DNA from: Desulfurivibrio sp.
Lineage (GTDB): Bacteria; Desulfobacterota; Desulfobulbia; Desulfobulbales; SURF-16
Reading direction: 5' to 3'
Assembly (NCBI GenBank): GCA_003605035.1
Contig: QZKJ01000118.1
Span: 18,304 to 82,303, forward strand
Length of the DNA: 64,000 nt
Both the position numbers and the translations under genes were made by a program. Every line of letters starts with the position of its first letter. Within the stretch, counting starts at the first letter, position 1. The notes under the pieces were generated by a model, which was given only the letters and a program-made list of their open reading frames with translations, made no database searches and was not told the DNA's origin. Below are positions 44,651 to 53,371 of the stretch, one piece after another.

Positions 44651-45155
44651 TGCCGACCTCTTTTCTTTTTTGGTTTTGTTGAACAGCGCCGCAGGTTTGG
44701 TCCGGGTGATCCGGGCTGAGCAAGCTCCAGGGCCGATCTTTTCCTTTGCCGAGCCCGCGGAAGATTGGGTCATCTGCTTCATTACCGATATTCTAACAAT
44801 ATTCATGCCAGCCGGAAGAGAGACGGGTTTGCCGGCACGGATTCCTGATGGCGGTCCCCGGCCGCGACTTTAATCGTGCCCAGGCCGCGCTCTGGGGCGA
44901 GGCCGGCTGCCAGGCAGTTTCTCCCTGATTGTCCTCTCTGGCGGGACTCAGTCCTGTGAGCATGGACGATGTCAGCCGTCCCGCTGCTGCCGGATGTACT
45001 CCAGGGCGCTGATGGCAATGGCTCCCGGCGAGGCGGTTCGGCAGGGCAATTGCGGCCGGGATGGAGTAACCCGTTCACGTTTTTGTTTGCAACGGGACAC
45101 CCGGAGTGGTCAGCGGACGCTCTGCCCGCGGTGGTACAGTGGCCTGGCGAAGTCA

Positions 45156-46874
45156 TCAGGAATTGAGGAGCAGCTTCAGTTCCGGCCACGGCCTGGTGTT
45201 GAGCACATCGTCAGCCGCCAGCCAGCCGCGCCGGGCCTGCCAGACCCCGAAATCCATGTGCGCGAGGGCTTTGACGCTGTGGGCATCGGTGGAAACCGCC
45301 ACCTTGACCCCCATTTCCCTGGCCAGCTTGAGATAGGTGGCGTTGAGGTCGAGCCGGTCAGGATTGGCGTTGCATTCCAGAAAACGCTTTCTCTGCGCCG
45401 CGGCGGCGATGAGTTCTTCCATGTCGACTTCATAGGGCGGCCGCTGGTTGATGAGCCGGCCGCCGGGATGGCCGAGGATGCGGAAATAGCGCTTGTCCAT
45501 GGCCCGGATAATCCGTTCGGTCTGTTTCCGGCGGGACAGGTTGAAATGCGAATGCACCGAGCAGACGGTGAAGTCAAGTTCCCGCAGGATATCATCGTCC
45601 AGGTCCAGGCTGCCGTCCTCCAGGATGTCCACCTCCACCCCCTTGAGCAGCAGGATGCCGTCGAGCCGCTCGTTCAGCCGGTCAATGTCCCGGATATGGG
45701 CGCGCAGCCCATCGGCATCAAGCCCGTTGGCCGGCGTCACCAGCCTGGCGTGTTCGGTGATGGCCAGATACTCATAGCCGCGTTGCCCGGCCGCCCTTGC
45801 CATGGCTTCCAGCCCTGCCTGGCCGTCGCTGCGCGTGGTATGGGCATGGAGATCACCGCGAATGTCCCGCAGGGTCAGCAGCCGGGGCAGTTCACCCCTG
45901 GCGGCGGCCTCGATTTCTCCCCGGTTCTCCCGCAGTTCCGGCGGGATAAAGGGGAGACCCACCTGCTGGTATACCTCCTCCTCGGTGCGGCCGGCGATCC
46001 TCTGCCCGTCCTTGAACACGCCGTACTCGTTGATCTTCAGTTTTTTCTTTACCGCCATCCGGCGCACCGCGATATTATGGGCCCGGGAGCCGGTGAAGTA
46101 GTGCAGCGCCGCGCCGTAGCTCTCCTGGCCCACGGCGCGCAGATCCACCTGCACCCCGGACCTGAGCAGCACGGTGCAGCGGGTTGCCCCCTGGGAGACG
46201 ACTTTTTCCACCTCCTCATAATCGACCAGACGTTGCATCACCCGGGCATTTTCGGCATGGGTCACCAGGATGTCAAGATCGCCGATGGTTTCCTTGCGGC
46301 GGCGGTAGCTGCCGGCGATTTCCACCTGCAGCACCCCTGCGGTCTGCCGGAGATAGGCGAGCAGCGGGGCGGCGATTTCCATGGCCGTAGCCAGTTTGAG
46401 GCGCTGTTCGCTGGCCGCCAGCCGTTCGAGTTCCTCACCGATGTTCAATTCGGTCTTGGCGCCAAAACCTTCCAGCTGCCGTACCTTTTCCTGCTTGACC
46501 GCCTCCCGGAGCCCCGCCAGGGAGGTGATGCCGAGTTCCCGGTAGAGGGCTCTGACCTTGCGGGGACCAAGGCCGGAGATGCGCAGCAGGTCGACGAGGC
46601 CGCCGGGCACCTCCTCCTCCAGTCTGCGCAGAAAAGACAGGGAATCGCTGTCGACCATTTCCAGGATTTTAGCGGCCAGTTCCTTGCCGATGCCCGGCAG
46701 CCGGGTGAGATCCTCGCCCGCGTGAACCATTTCGGCCAGGCTGGCGGACAGCTCCGCCACCGTGCGCGCCGCCTCGCGATAGGCCCTGATGCGGAAGGGG
46801 TTGTCCCCCTTGATGTCGAGCAGGTCGGCAATGCGGTTGAAAATTTCGGCGATATCGGAATTATGGACAGGCAT
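45156..46874 (-). CDS. polX: DNA polymerase X family protein with C-terminal PHP domain (PolX)
   Basis: Start set at MPVHNSDIAEIFNRIADLL (ATG at 46874). HhH and Pol-beta nucleotidyltransferase motif GSYRRRKETIGDLDILV, then PHP motif RGDLHAHTTRSDG. The track start at 47243 adds about 120 implausible residues. Confidence 0.88.
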   Translation of the reverse strand: MPVHNSDIAEIFNRIADLLDIKGDNPFRIRAYREAARTVAELSASLAEMVHAGEDLTRLPGIGKELAAKILEMVDSDSLSFLRRLEEEVPGGLVDLLRISGLGPRKVRALYRELGITSLAGLREAVKQEKVRQLEGFGAKTELNIGEELERLAASEQRLKLATAMEIAAPLLAYLRQTAGVLQVEIAGSYRRRKETIGDLDILVTHAENARVMQRLVDYEEVEKVVSQGATRCTVLLRSGVQVDLRAVGQESYGAALHYFTGSRAHNIAVRRMAVKKKLKINEYGVFKDGQRIAGRTEEEVYQQVGLPFIPPELRENRGEIEAAARGELPRLLTLRDIRGDLHAHTTRSDGQAGLEAMARAAGQRGYEYLAITEHARLVTPANGLDADGLRAHIRDIDRLNERLDGILLLKGVEVDILEDGSLDLDDDILRELDFTVCSVHSHFNLSRRKQTERIIRAMDKRYFRILGHPGGRLINQRPPYEVDMEELIAAAAQRKRFLECNANPDRLDLNATYLKLAREMGVKVAVSTDAHSVKALAHMDFGVWQARRGWLAADDVLNTRPWPELKLLLNS

Positions 46875-47067
46875 CGGTTTCACGCTGCTCCTTGAATGCT
46901 GACTTTGGTGCTCGAAGGCATAGCCGGCAACTGCGGTTTCTTGGGTCCGACAGACCTGGCGGAATCGTCCCTCGGGCCTGCTTGTCAGGCTTGCTGAAGT
47001 GATCGACAGCAAATTACGTTCCATCTTTCTTCCGCTTGCCGATAATGACTGTTCATTCACCGGCAAA

Positions 47068-47083
47068 TGGAACATATATTGCA
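47068..47083 (+). promoter_or_regulatory. sigma54-like -24/-12 element upstream of the ferredoxin gene
   Basis: TGGAAC-ATATA-TTGCA with GG-N10-GC spacing, about 150 nt upstream of the ATG at 47231. One mismatch to the TGGCAC consensus. Confidence 0.45.
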
Positions 47084-47230
47084 ATTTCAGGTTCTCACGG
47101 CGGGCAGCTGCCAAGGCCTGTCCGGCCGGCTGCTCACGGATATCAGCAAGTAACATGAAGAGGGAATACGACGTGGTCATTGCCGGCACGGGGCCGCGGC
47201 GAGGCCATGCGGGAAAAGGAGGGTGGGCTG

Positions 47231-47431
47231 ATGGCAAAACCATTTTATATTGATGAACAAGAGTGCATCGGCGACGGCAGCTGCGCGGATATCTGCCCCG
47301 CTTGTTTCAGCTTCGCCCCCGGCATGGATACGCCCAGGGTGATCAGTTTTGACTGTGAGAAGGAATTGGTTGAGGCAGCCATGGAAAATTGCCCGACCAA
47401 CTGTATCCATTACGAGGATGAGCGAGGTTAA
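47231..47431 (+). CDS. small [4Fe-4S]/[3Fe-4S] ferredoxin
   Basis: 66 aa. MAKPFYIDEQECIGDGSCADICP...CPTNCI. AAGGAGGG lies 7 nt upstream of the ATG. Confidence 0.85.
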   Translation: MAKPFYIDEQECIGDGSCADICPACFSFAPGMDTPRVISFDCEKELVEAAMENCPTNCIHYEDERG

Positions 47432-47530
47432 CGGCCGCGGCCCGGCTGCCGATTTTCTCCCCAGCCGCGCTCTGCGGTAAAGCCCCGCGGAACGCTGCCA
47501 TCCCGCAGGCCTTTGCTGACGGCAACTGAG

Positions 47531-47571
47531 TCAAAATGACCCATGGACAGAAAGTTGTTGGGTCATTTTGA
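47531..47571. promoter_or_regulatory. 13-bp perfect inverted repeat, candidate enhancer (UAS) site
   Basis: TCAAAATGACCCA (47531-47543) and TGGGTCATTTTGA (47559-47571), about 170-200 bp upstream of the sigma54 promoter at 47733. Confidence 0.5.
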
Positions 47572-47662
47572 TACACTTTGGCCGCTTCCCTGTGTAATAA
47601 CGCCCGCCGGGGTTCTTAACCCGCTGTTTTTTCTTTCCCGCCCGGTCTTATTTTCCGACTGC

Positions 47663-47679
47663 TGGGTCATTTTGACCCA
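47663..47679. promoter_or_regulatory. palindrome TGGGTCA-TTT-TGACCCA, candidate enhancer-binding-protein site
   Basis: Perfect 7-3-7 palindrome about 55-70 bp upstream of the -24 element. Same half-site as the 47531-47571 repeat. Confidence 0.5.
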
Positions 47680-47732
47680 ATCCTTGTTCCTTCAGCTTCG
47701 GTAACCACTTGATTTATAAGATTTTGTTGAGC

Positions 47733-47748
47733 TGGCATGAAACCTGCT
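47733..47748 (+). promoter_or_regulatory. sigma54 promoter of the adh-kinase-regulator operon
   Basis: TGGCAT-GAAAC-CTGCT with GG-N10-GC spacing, 112 nt upstream of the adh ATG. The operon encodes a sigma54 activator. Confidence 0.6.
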
Positions 47749-47859
47749 CAAAAAAACTACCAGGGTAAATAAGGTAATAATAATTATCAATAAACTGAAC
47801 TTTCTCTTAAATATTCAGTCTTCATAGTGAATATTTAAAAATCAGCATGGTAATCAAAA

Positions 47860-49008
47860 ATGGAAACAACCAAATTCGCTATACCTGAAATCATTTTCGG
47901 CAGAGGAAGTATCAGCTATGCGGGGCAATGTGCCCTGCGGCATGGCGCGAAAAAGGTTTTTTTAGTCAGTGATCCGGGCATTGAGGAGGTTGGCTGGGTG
48001 CAGCGCCTCATGGATATTCTCAAAGGCGAGGGCATAGACTGGATCTATTACCCCAGGGTAACCTCCAATCCCCGCGATTACCAGGTGGAGGAGGGGGCGG
48101 AATTCTATCTGAAAAACCGGGCTGATGTCATCATGGCCATTGGCGGCGGCAGCGCCATGGATACCGCCAAGGGTATTGCCATCATTGCCAGCAACGGCGG
48201 CCGGATCCGTGATTATGAAGGGGCGAACCGGGTGCAGCGGCCTCTGCCGCCCATGGTGTTCATCACCACCACCGCGGGAAGCGGCTCTGACATCTCCCAG
48301 TTCTGCATCATCACCGATGTGAAGCGCGCGGTGAAAATGTCCATTATCACCCGCACCCTGGTCCCTAATATATCCATCGTCGACCCCTTGATTTTACGCA
48401 CAAAAACAGAAAAACAGATCATCCAGTCCGCGGTAGACGCCCTGGCCCATGCCATCGAGGCGTATCTTTCCCGCATCGCCTCGCCCTTTACAATGCCGCA
48501 GTCCCTGAAAGCCATTGATCTGATTCTCCGCCATCTGCAGTCAGCCGTGGAAACCCGCTCGCTGGATTCCCTGGAGCAATTGAGCATCGCCTCCATAGCC
48601 GCCTCAATGGCCTTCAGCAATGCCGGACTCGGAGCCGAACACGCCCTGGCCCACTCCCTGGGCGGCCAGTTCGACATGAGCCACGGCGTTGTGCATCCCA
48701 TCCTGCTGGCGGCGGTGATGCGTTTTAACATGCCGTCCTGCCCTGACAGGATGGCTGATATCGGCCGGGTCATCCTTGATAAACAGCTGGCTTCCGGCCA
48801 CGAAACAGCCCTGGCGGGAATTGCCAGGCTGGAGGAGTTTTTTGCCTCTTTCAACGTTTCCCTCAGGCTGAGCGATGAGGTCGGCGAGGTTGACAAGCAG
48901 TTTCTCGAGCCGATCTGCAAAATGGCGGTCAAGGATGCCTGCAATCTGACCAATCCCAGGCAGGCCACCTGGCAGGATTTTCTGTCAATCTGCGAGGAGG
49001 TTTGGTGA
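47860..49008 (+). CDS. iron-containing (group III) alcohol dehydrogenase
   Basis: 382 aa. GGGSAMDTAKG and His-rich metal-site regions (ALAHAIE, EHALAHSLGG). Confidence 0.9.
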   Translation: METTKFAIPEIIFGRGSISYAGQCALRHGAKKVFLVSDPGIEEVGWVQRLMDILKGEGIDWIYYPRVTSNPRDYQVEEGAEFYLKNRADVIMAIGGGSAMDTAKGIAIIASNGGRIRDYEGANRVQRPLPPMVFITTTAGSGSDISQFCIITDVKRAVKMSIITRTLVPNISIVDPLILRTKTEKQIIQSAVDALAHAIEAYLSRIASPFTMPQSLKAIDLILRHLQSAVETRSLDSLEQLSIASIAASMAFSNAGLGAEHALAHSLGGQFDMSHGVVHPILLAAVMRFNMPSCPDRMADIGRVILDKQLASGHETALAGIARLEEFFASFNVSLRLSDEVGEVDKQFLEPICKMAVKDACNLTNPRQATWQDFLSICEEVW

Positions 49009-50201
49009 TGTCCGCCCCGACCACGCTTGATGATCTTATCGGCATTGAACACTGCAAACTCGGCTTTTATCAGGAACTCCAGCGCAAGGTGGAGGAGCTG
49101 AAGCACTCCAACCGTGAGCTTGAAAAGAAACGCCAGGAATTCAAGGGACTGCTGGACGCCATCACCGATCTGATGGTGGTGCTCTCCGAAGACCTCAGGA
49201 TTCAATCCGTCAACCACGTGTTTAAGGAATGGTATCCTGATGCCGACCCGAAAGGGGAATTCTGCTATAAATTTTTCCGTGACAGGAGCACCCCCTGTGA
49301 GAACTGCCCGGTGATCAAGGCTCTGGATCGTGATGAGATATGCAAGGATTCCTGCATCCATAAGGTGAAAGATAAATTCCGCCATTTTGAGTTGATTGCC
49401 TCACCGCTGAAGACGAGTCCCACCGGCGAGCGCAACGTGCTGCTTTTTAAACGGGATGTCACGGTGGAAAAGGAATTCCAGGCCCAGTTTTATCAGGCAG
49501 AGAAAATGGCCACCGTCGGGGCCCTGGCCGCCGGCGTGGCCCATGAAATAAACAACCCGCTTACCGCCATCAGCGGCTTTGCCGAAGGGCTGCGGCGCCG
49601 GCTCGGCCGTATTCACGACCAGGTGGATGAAGACCTGTACGGCGATTTTCAGGAATATACCGATACCATTATCAAGGAATGCCTGCGCTGCCGGGATATC
49701 GTCCGCACGCTGCTCACCTTCAGCCGGCCCATCGCCTCCAGTCTGTGCCCGGTGAATCTCAATGACTGCATCAACGACACCCTGTTCATCCTGAAGCATC
49801 ACTTCAAGGAGCAGCATAATGTCATCGTCAAGATCGAGTTGCATGACGAGCTGCCGCTGATCATGGGGGACGAATCGCAGCTCAAGCAGGTCATCATCAA
49901 CCTGCTGACCAATGCCCTGGATGCCAGCGGGGAAGGCGGCACCATCCTGATCAAAACCTATCCGGCGGAATCCGGCGGGGTAGCCATGCTTGTTGAGGAT
50001 TCCGGCTGCGGCATCCCGCTGGAACTGCAGGATAAGCTGTTTGAGCCCTTTTTTACCACCAAGCCGGTGGGTAAAGGAATCGGCATCGGCCTGTCCACCT
50101 GCTACACCATCGTGAAAAATCACAATGGCAGGATCAGTATGACCAGCGAGGTGGGCAAGGGCACGACATTCTGTATACATCTACCCGGAATTTCAGCATA
50201 A
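49008..50201 (+). CDS. PAS-domain sensor histidine kinase
   Basis: H-box AHEINNPL, N-box LLTNALDA, G-boxes DSGCGIP / GKGIGIGL. ATG at 49008 overlaps the adh stop (TGATG). Confidence 0.88.
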   Translation: MSAPTTLDDLIGIEHCKLGFYQELQRKVEELKHSNRELEKKRQEFKGLLDAITDLMVVLSEDLRIQSVNHVFKEWYPDADPKGEFCYKFFRDRSTPCENCPVIKALDRDEICKDSCIHKVKDKFRHFELIASPLKTSPTGERNVLLFKRDVTVEKEFQAQFYQAEKMATVGALAAGVAHEINNPLTAISGFAEGLRRRLGRIHDQVDEDLYGDFQEYTDTIIKECLRCRDIVRTLLTFSRPIASSLCPVNLNDCINDTLFILKHHFKEQHNVIVKIELHDELPLIMGDESQLKQVIINLLTNALDASGEGGTILIKTYPAESGGVAMLVEDSGCGIPLELQDKLFEPFFTTKPVGKGIGIGLSTCYTIVKNHNGRISMTSEVGKGTTFCIHLPGISA

Positions 50202-51538
50202 TGGTAAACGAAAAATACCCTGTTCTGGTTATTGACGACGAAGAGCCGATCAGAAGACTGCTGCAGAAGGAACTGGCCAACTCCGGGCGGGAGATCTTTA
50301 CTGCCGCCACGGCGGCGGAAGCAATGGCCCTGGTGCGGAGCCGCTGGTTCGATGTCATTATCATGGACCTGCGGCTGCCCGACACCACCAATCTTGATCT
50401 GCTGATCAAGGTGCGGGACTCCATTCCCCATACCGAGGTAATCATGATCACCGGCCACGGGGACATTGACAGTGCCGTGGAGGCCATGAAACTCGGGGCC
50501 TGCGACTTTATTCCCAAGCCGTTCAATCTCGACCGGCTTGATCTGGTGGTGGAAAAGGCCCACCAGCGGGTGCGCCTGTCCCGGGAAAACATGATTCTGC
50601 GCCATAAGGCCGGTTATGACCAGGGGACGGTGAAATTTATCGGCAACTCCATGGCCATCCGCAATATCCAGTTTCTGGTGGATAAGGTGGCGCCGGCCAA
50701 TATTCCGGTGCTCATCACCGGGGAGTCGGGCGTAGGCAAGGACGTGGTGGCCCATGCCATCCATGATCGTTCCGGCCGGGCGGGCAATGAGCTGATCATC
50801 AAAAACTGCGCCTCTCTGCAGAAGGATCTTGCCCGCAGCGAGCTTTTCGGCCATGTGAAGGGTTCGTTTACCGGCGCCGACGAATCCAGGGAAGGGCTCA
50901 TGTCCTACGCCCACGAGAGCACCCTGTTCCTTGACGAGATCGGCGAACTGCCCCTGGAGGTGCAGGCCTCCCTGTTGCGCATGCTGGAGACCCAGACCTA
51001 CCGCCGGGTCGGTGAAAAGGATGAACGGCGGGTGGATATCCGCTTCCTGTTCGCCACCAACCGCGACCTGGCCGATGAGGTCAAAAAAGGCCGCTTCAAC
51101 GAGGCGTTCTATCATCGCATCAATGTCTTTAACATTGATATTCCTCCTTTGCGTGAACGTAAGGAGGATCTCCCCCTGCTGGTTGATTATTTTCTCACCT
51201 CGCTCAGCCCTGATTCCACCACCTACCGGATGGTGCAGAACGCCATGGACTGCGTGCTCCGCTATGACTGGCCGGGCAACATCCGGGAGTTGCGCAACGT
51301 TATCGAGCGCAGCATTATTCTTGCTGAAAACGGCATCATCACCGAACGTTGTCTGCCCCGCGAACTGGTGGTGAGCGCGGAAACTTCCGAGGCGAGCATC
51401 ACCCTTGAGTCGGTGGAAAAAAAGCACATCCTCAAGATGCTGAATTTCTATAACGGCAACCGGCGCAAGGCCGCTGAGGCCCTTGGCATCAGCCGCAAAA
51501 CCCTGTATCGCAAGATGAGCCAGTTCAACGTCGAGTGA
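50201..51538 (+). CDS. sigma54-dependent response regulator (NtrC family: REC-AAA+-Fis HTH)
   Basis: 445 aa. Receiver IIMDLRLPD, Walker A GESGVGKD, GSFTGA (GAFTGA variant), and C-terminal HTH AAEALGISRKTLYRKM. Confidence 0.92.
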   Translation: MVNEKYPVLVIDDEEPIRRLLQKELANSGREIFTAATAAEAMALVRSRWFDVIIMDLRLPDTTNLDLLIKVRDSIPHTEVIMITGHGDIDSAVEAMKLGACDFIPKPFNLDRLDLVVEKAHQRVRLSRENMILRHKAGYDQGTVKFIGNSMAIRNIQFLVDKVAPANIPVLITGESGVGKDVVAHAIHDRSGRAGNELIIKNCASLQKDLARSELFGHVKGSFTGADESREGLMSYAHESTLFLDEIGELPLEVQASLLRMLETQTYRRVGEKDERRVDIRFLFATNRDLADEVKKGRFNEAFYHRINVFNIDIPPLRERKEDLPLLVDYFLTSLSPDSTTYRMVQNAMDCVLRYDWPGNIRELRNVIERSIILAENGIITERCLPRELVVSAETSEASITLESVEKKHILKMLNFYNGNRRKAAEALGISRKTLYRKMSQFNVE

Positions 51539-51781
51539 CAGTGGTCCCCACCGGGATCCCTGCACCTGCGGCGTAGCGTTTCCCTTAGGCGGGACAGCCC
51601 CCGTCCTGTCCGTAACGGCCTTACCGCCACTTTCCTCCCACCGAACCAATGTATTATTATGACCCATCTGAATATTTCCGGTGGGTCGTTTTACCCCTGC
51701 AGCCGGCCGGGCCGGTGCATCCCGCTCTGCTGCGGGTCAGTCGGCAGGTTGCAGACAGATAGGAATCATTGTCAGCTTTGC

Positions 51782-51798
51782 TGGGTCAAAATGTCCCA
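51782..51798. promoter_or_regulatory. near-palindrome TGGGTCA-AAA-TGTCCCA, candidate enhancer site
   Basis: Same motif as 47663-47679 with one mismatch, 55-70 bp upstream of the sigma54 promoter at 51853. Related half-sites are TGACCCA (51660-51666) and TGGGTCGTTTTACCC (51682-51696). Confidence 0.45.
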
Positions 51799-51852
51799 GA
51801 GCTTTTCTTAATAAATTAATGCAATATGCTGATATTACGTAATTTATTTACA

Positions 51853-51868
51853 TGGCACCAATATTGCC
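51853..51868 (+). promoter_or_regulatory. sigma54 promoter
   Basis: TGGCAC-CAATA-TTGCC, a near-perfect match to TGGCAC-N5-TTGCW. It lies 59 nt upstream of the ATG at 51927. Confidence 0.75.
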
Positions 51869-51926
51869 ATTGCAGGGGTGGACACCAGTACCAAAAACTC
51901 ACAGTTTAACCAATGGGAGTCCACCG

Positions 51927-52400
51927 ATGGGATTTGAATTTATTGCTGACGAAATTTTTGAGATGGCGGAACAGGTCGAGAAAAATGGCGCGAAATTTTA
52001 CCGAATGGCTGCCGAGAAGGTGAACGGCGATGAGAGAAAGATTCTGCTCGAACTGGCCGGCATGGAAGATTGCCACGGGATGAAATTCGCCGATTTCAGA
52101 AAGGCCCTGGCGCTTTGTGACAAAAACTCAACTACTTTTGATCCGGATGGGGAGACCGCCCTGCATCTCAAGACCCTTTCCGAGAGCAGAGGTTTTTTTG
52201 AAAAAGATCTCGATATCTCAGACAAGGAAGCAATTTTGAAATCCGCCATTACGGTAGGGAAAGAATCCATTATCTTTTATCTCGGACTGAAAGACCTGGT
52301 GGACTGCAAAGCCGGCAAAGAGAAAATTGATGCCATCATCAATGAGGAGATGCGACATCTCAAGCTGCTGAACGGCAGGCTCCACTCCTCTCTGCGCTAG
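51927..52400 (+). CDS. ferritin-like / rubrerythrin-family diiron protein (no rubredoxin domain)
   Basis: 157 aa. Helical ExxH-type pairs (ELAGMEDCHG, INEEMRHLK). The start was moved to 51927 (GGGAG upstream) because the track start at 51852 overlaps the sigma54 promoter. Confidence 0.7.
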   Translation: MGFEFIADEIFEMAEQVEKNGAKFYRMAAEKVNGDERKILLELAGMEDCHGMKFADFRKALALCDKNSTTFDPDGETALHLKTLSESRGFFEKDLDISDKEAILKSAITVGKESIIFYLGLKDLVDCKAGKEKIDAIINEEMRHLKLLNGRLHSSLR

Positions 52401-52648
52401 CCCTGACGTGTCGCACACACCGCAACCGCGCTGAAACACTAACACTATTCAAAATTCCCGCGGTACAGCATTGCGCCACTCCTCTTCCCGCGGACTCTGG
52501 ACGCACGTGAAACGACTCATCGCTTAAAATTGCTCCTGTCGGCCAGGCGGCGCCGCCGCGTTTCCGTGCCACAAGGGCGCTGCCGCCCCTGGTGGCCACC
52601 ATGAATTCCCCTCCATTCCCGCAGAGTTGTCCGGGAGCGTTTTCATTT

Positions 52649-52689
52649 CTTGTGCGGTAAGGTGTCAGGATGTCCCTTTGCCGCACAAG
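52649..52689. promoter_or_regulatory. 9-bp perfect inverted repeat, candidate enhancer site for the mop promoter
   Basis: CTTGTGCGG (52649-52657), 23 nt spacer, CCGCACAAG (52681-52689). It lies about 180-215 bp upstream of the sigma54 promoter at 52866. Confidence 0.4.
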
Positions 52690-52865
52690 AAGTGTTTCCT
52701 TTTGACACATTTCCTTTAATGGCTATCCTGCATTTGTTTTGCAGGTCCGCTGGCGCCCTGTTTGCGAGCCCCCAGAAGCAAGATCATCTCCGGATGAGTC
52801 ATGTTGTCCCCCCTTGTTTATTGGTCCGGGCGTGAAAACGGTTGAACTGCCGCCATATTACCGTG

Positions 52866-52881
52866 TGGCACATGAGTTGCT
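52866..52881 (+). promoter_or_regulatory. sigma54 promoter upstream of the mop cluster
   Basis: TGGCAC-ATGAG-TTGCT, an exact -24/-12 consensus. The next convincing downstream CDS is mop at 53372, which implies a leader of about 480 nt. Confidence 0.7.
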
Positions 52882-53371
52882 TAAAAGAGAGCAAAGCAGT
52901 TCCCGGATGCAGGCTGAGGCCGGAAAGCATCTCCGATCAATCCGAGGATACAGCGCCTGTCATTGCGCTTTCCTTATGAACGCTTCAGGTGTACTGGAGT
53001 CACAGGTCGAAGCTCATCTCAGCCACAGGACAGGCTTAGAGAAGACATTGCTTAACGGTTACGGGTGTGATAAAAAATTAAGTTAGGCAGCCCGGAGAAT
53101 GGTCATCACAGAGGGAGGCAGCCGCAACTTCCCGCGTGTCGATGCCGATCCCGGGCCAGCCGTTTTTTTATTTCACGCCGTTTCCGTGTTTGTGCCGCTT
53201 TAAGCCACCTGAAGTATCCGCAGAGAGCAATTTTGATGAAATCGGCAGATATGGTTTCATCAGCTTTGGTTGCGTGGAGAATGTGAGTGGAAACCACCTG
53301 CATCTTTCACCTGTTCGCCACCTTGAGATAACCGTTTTTTCATTACTAACACACTTAATCTGGAGAATGAA

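Noticed and set aside
44803-45189. 128-aa minus-strand ORF between polX and the zinc-ribbon ORF.
   Set aside because: It overlaps the polX stop, is low-complexity and rich in Pro, Gly and Ala, and has no SD.
52739-53086. 115-aa + strand ORF (and its 59-aa sub-ORF from the ATG at 52907) downstream of the 52866 promoter.
   Set aside because: It has no SD, an atypical amino-acid composition and no motif. It is probably non-coding leader.
52882-53371. Moco riboswitch in the mop leader.
   Set aside because: The resemblance to what I remember of the E. coli moaA element is superficial (a TCTGGAGAA near the start codon). I cannot reconstruct the conserved helices. A covariance-model scan is needed.
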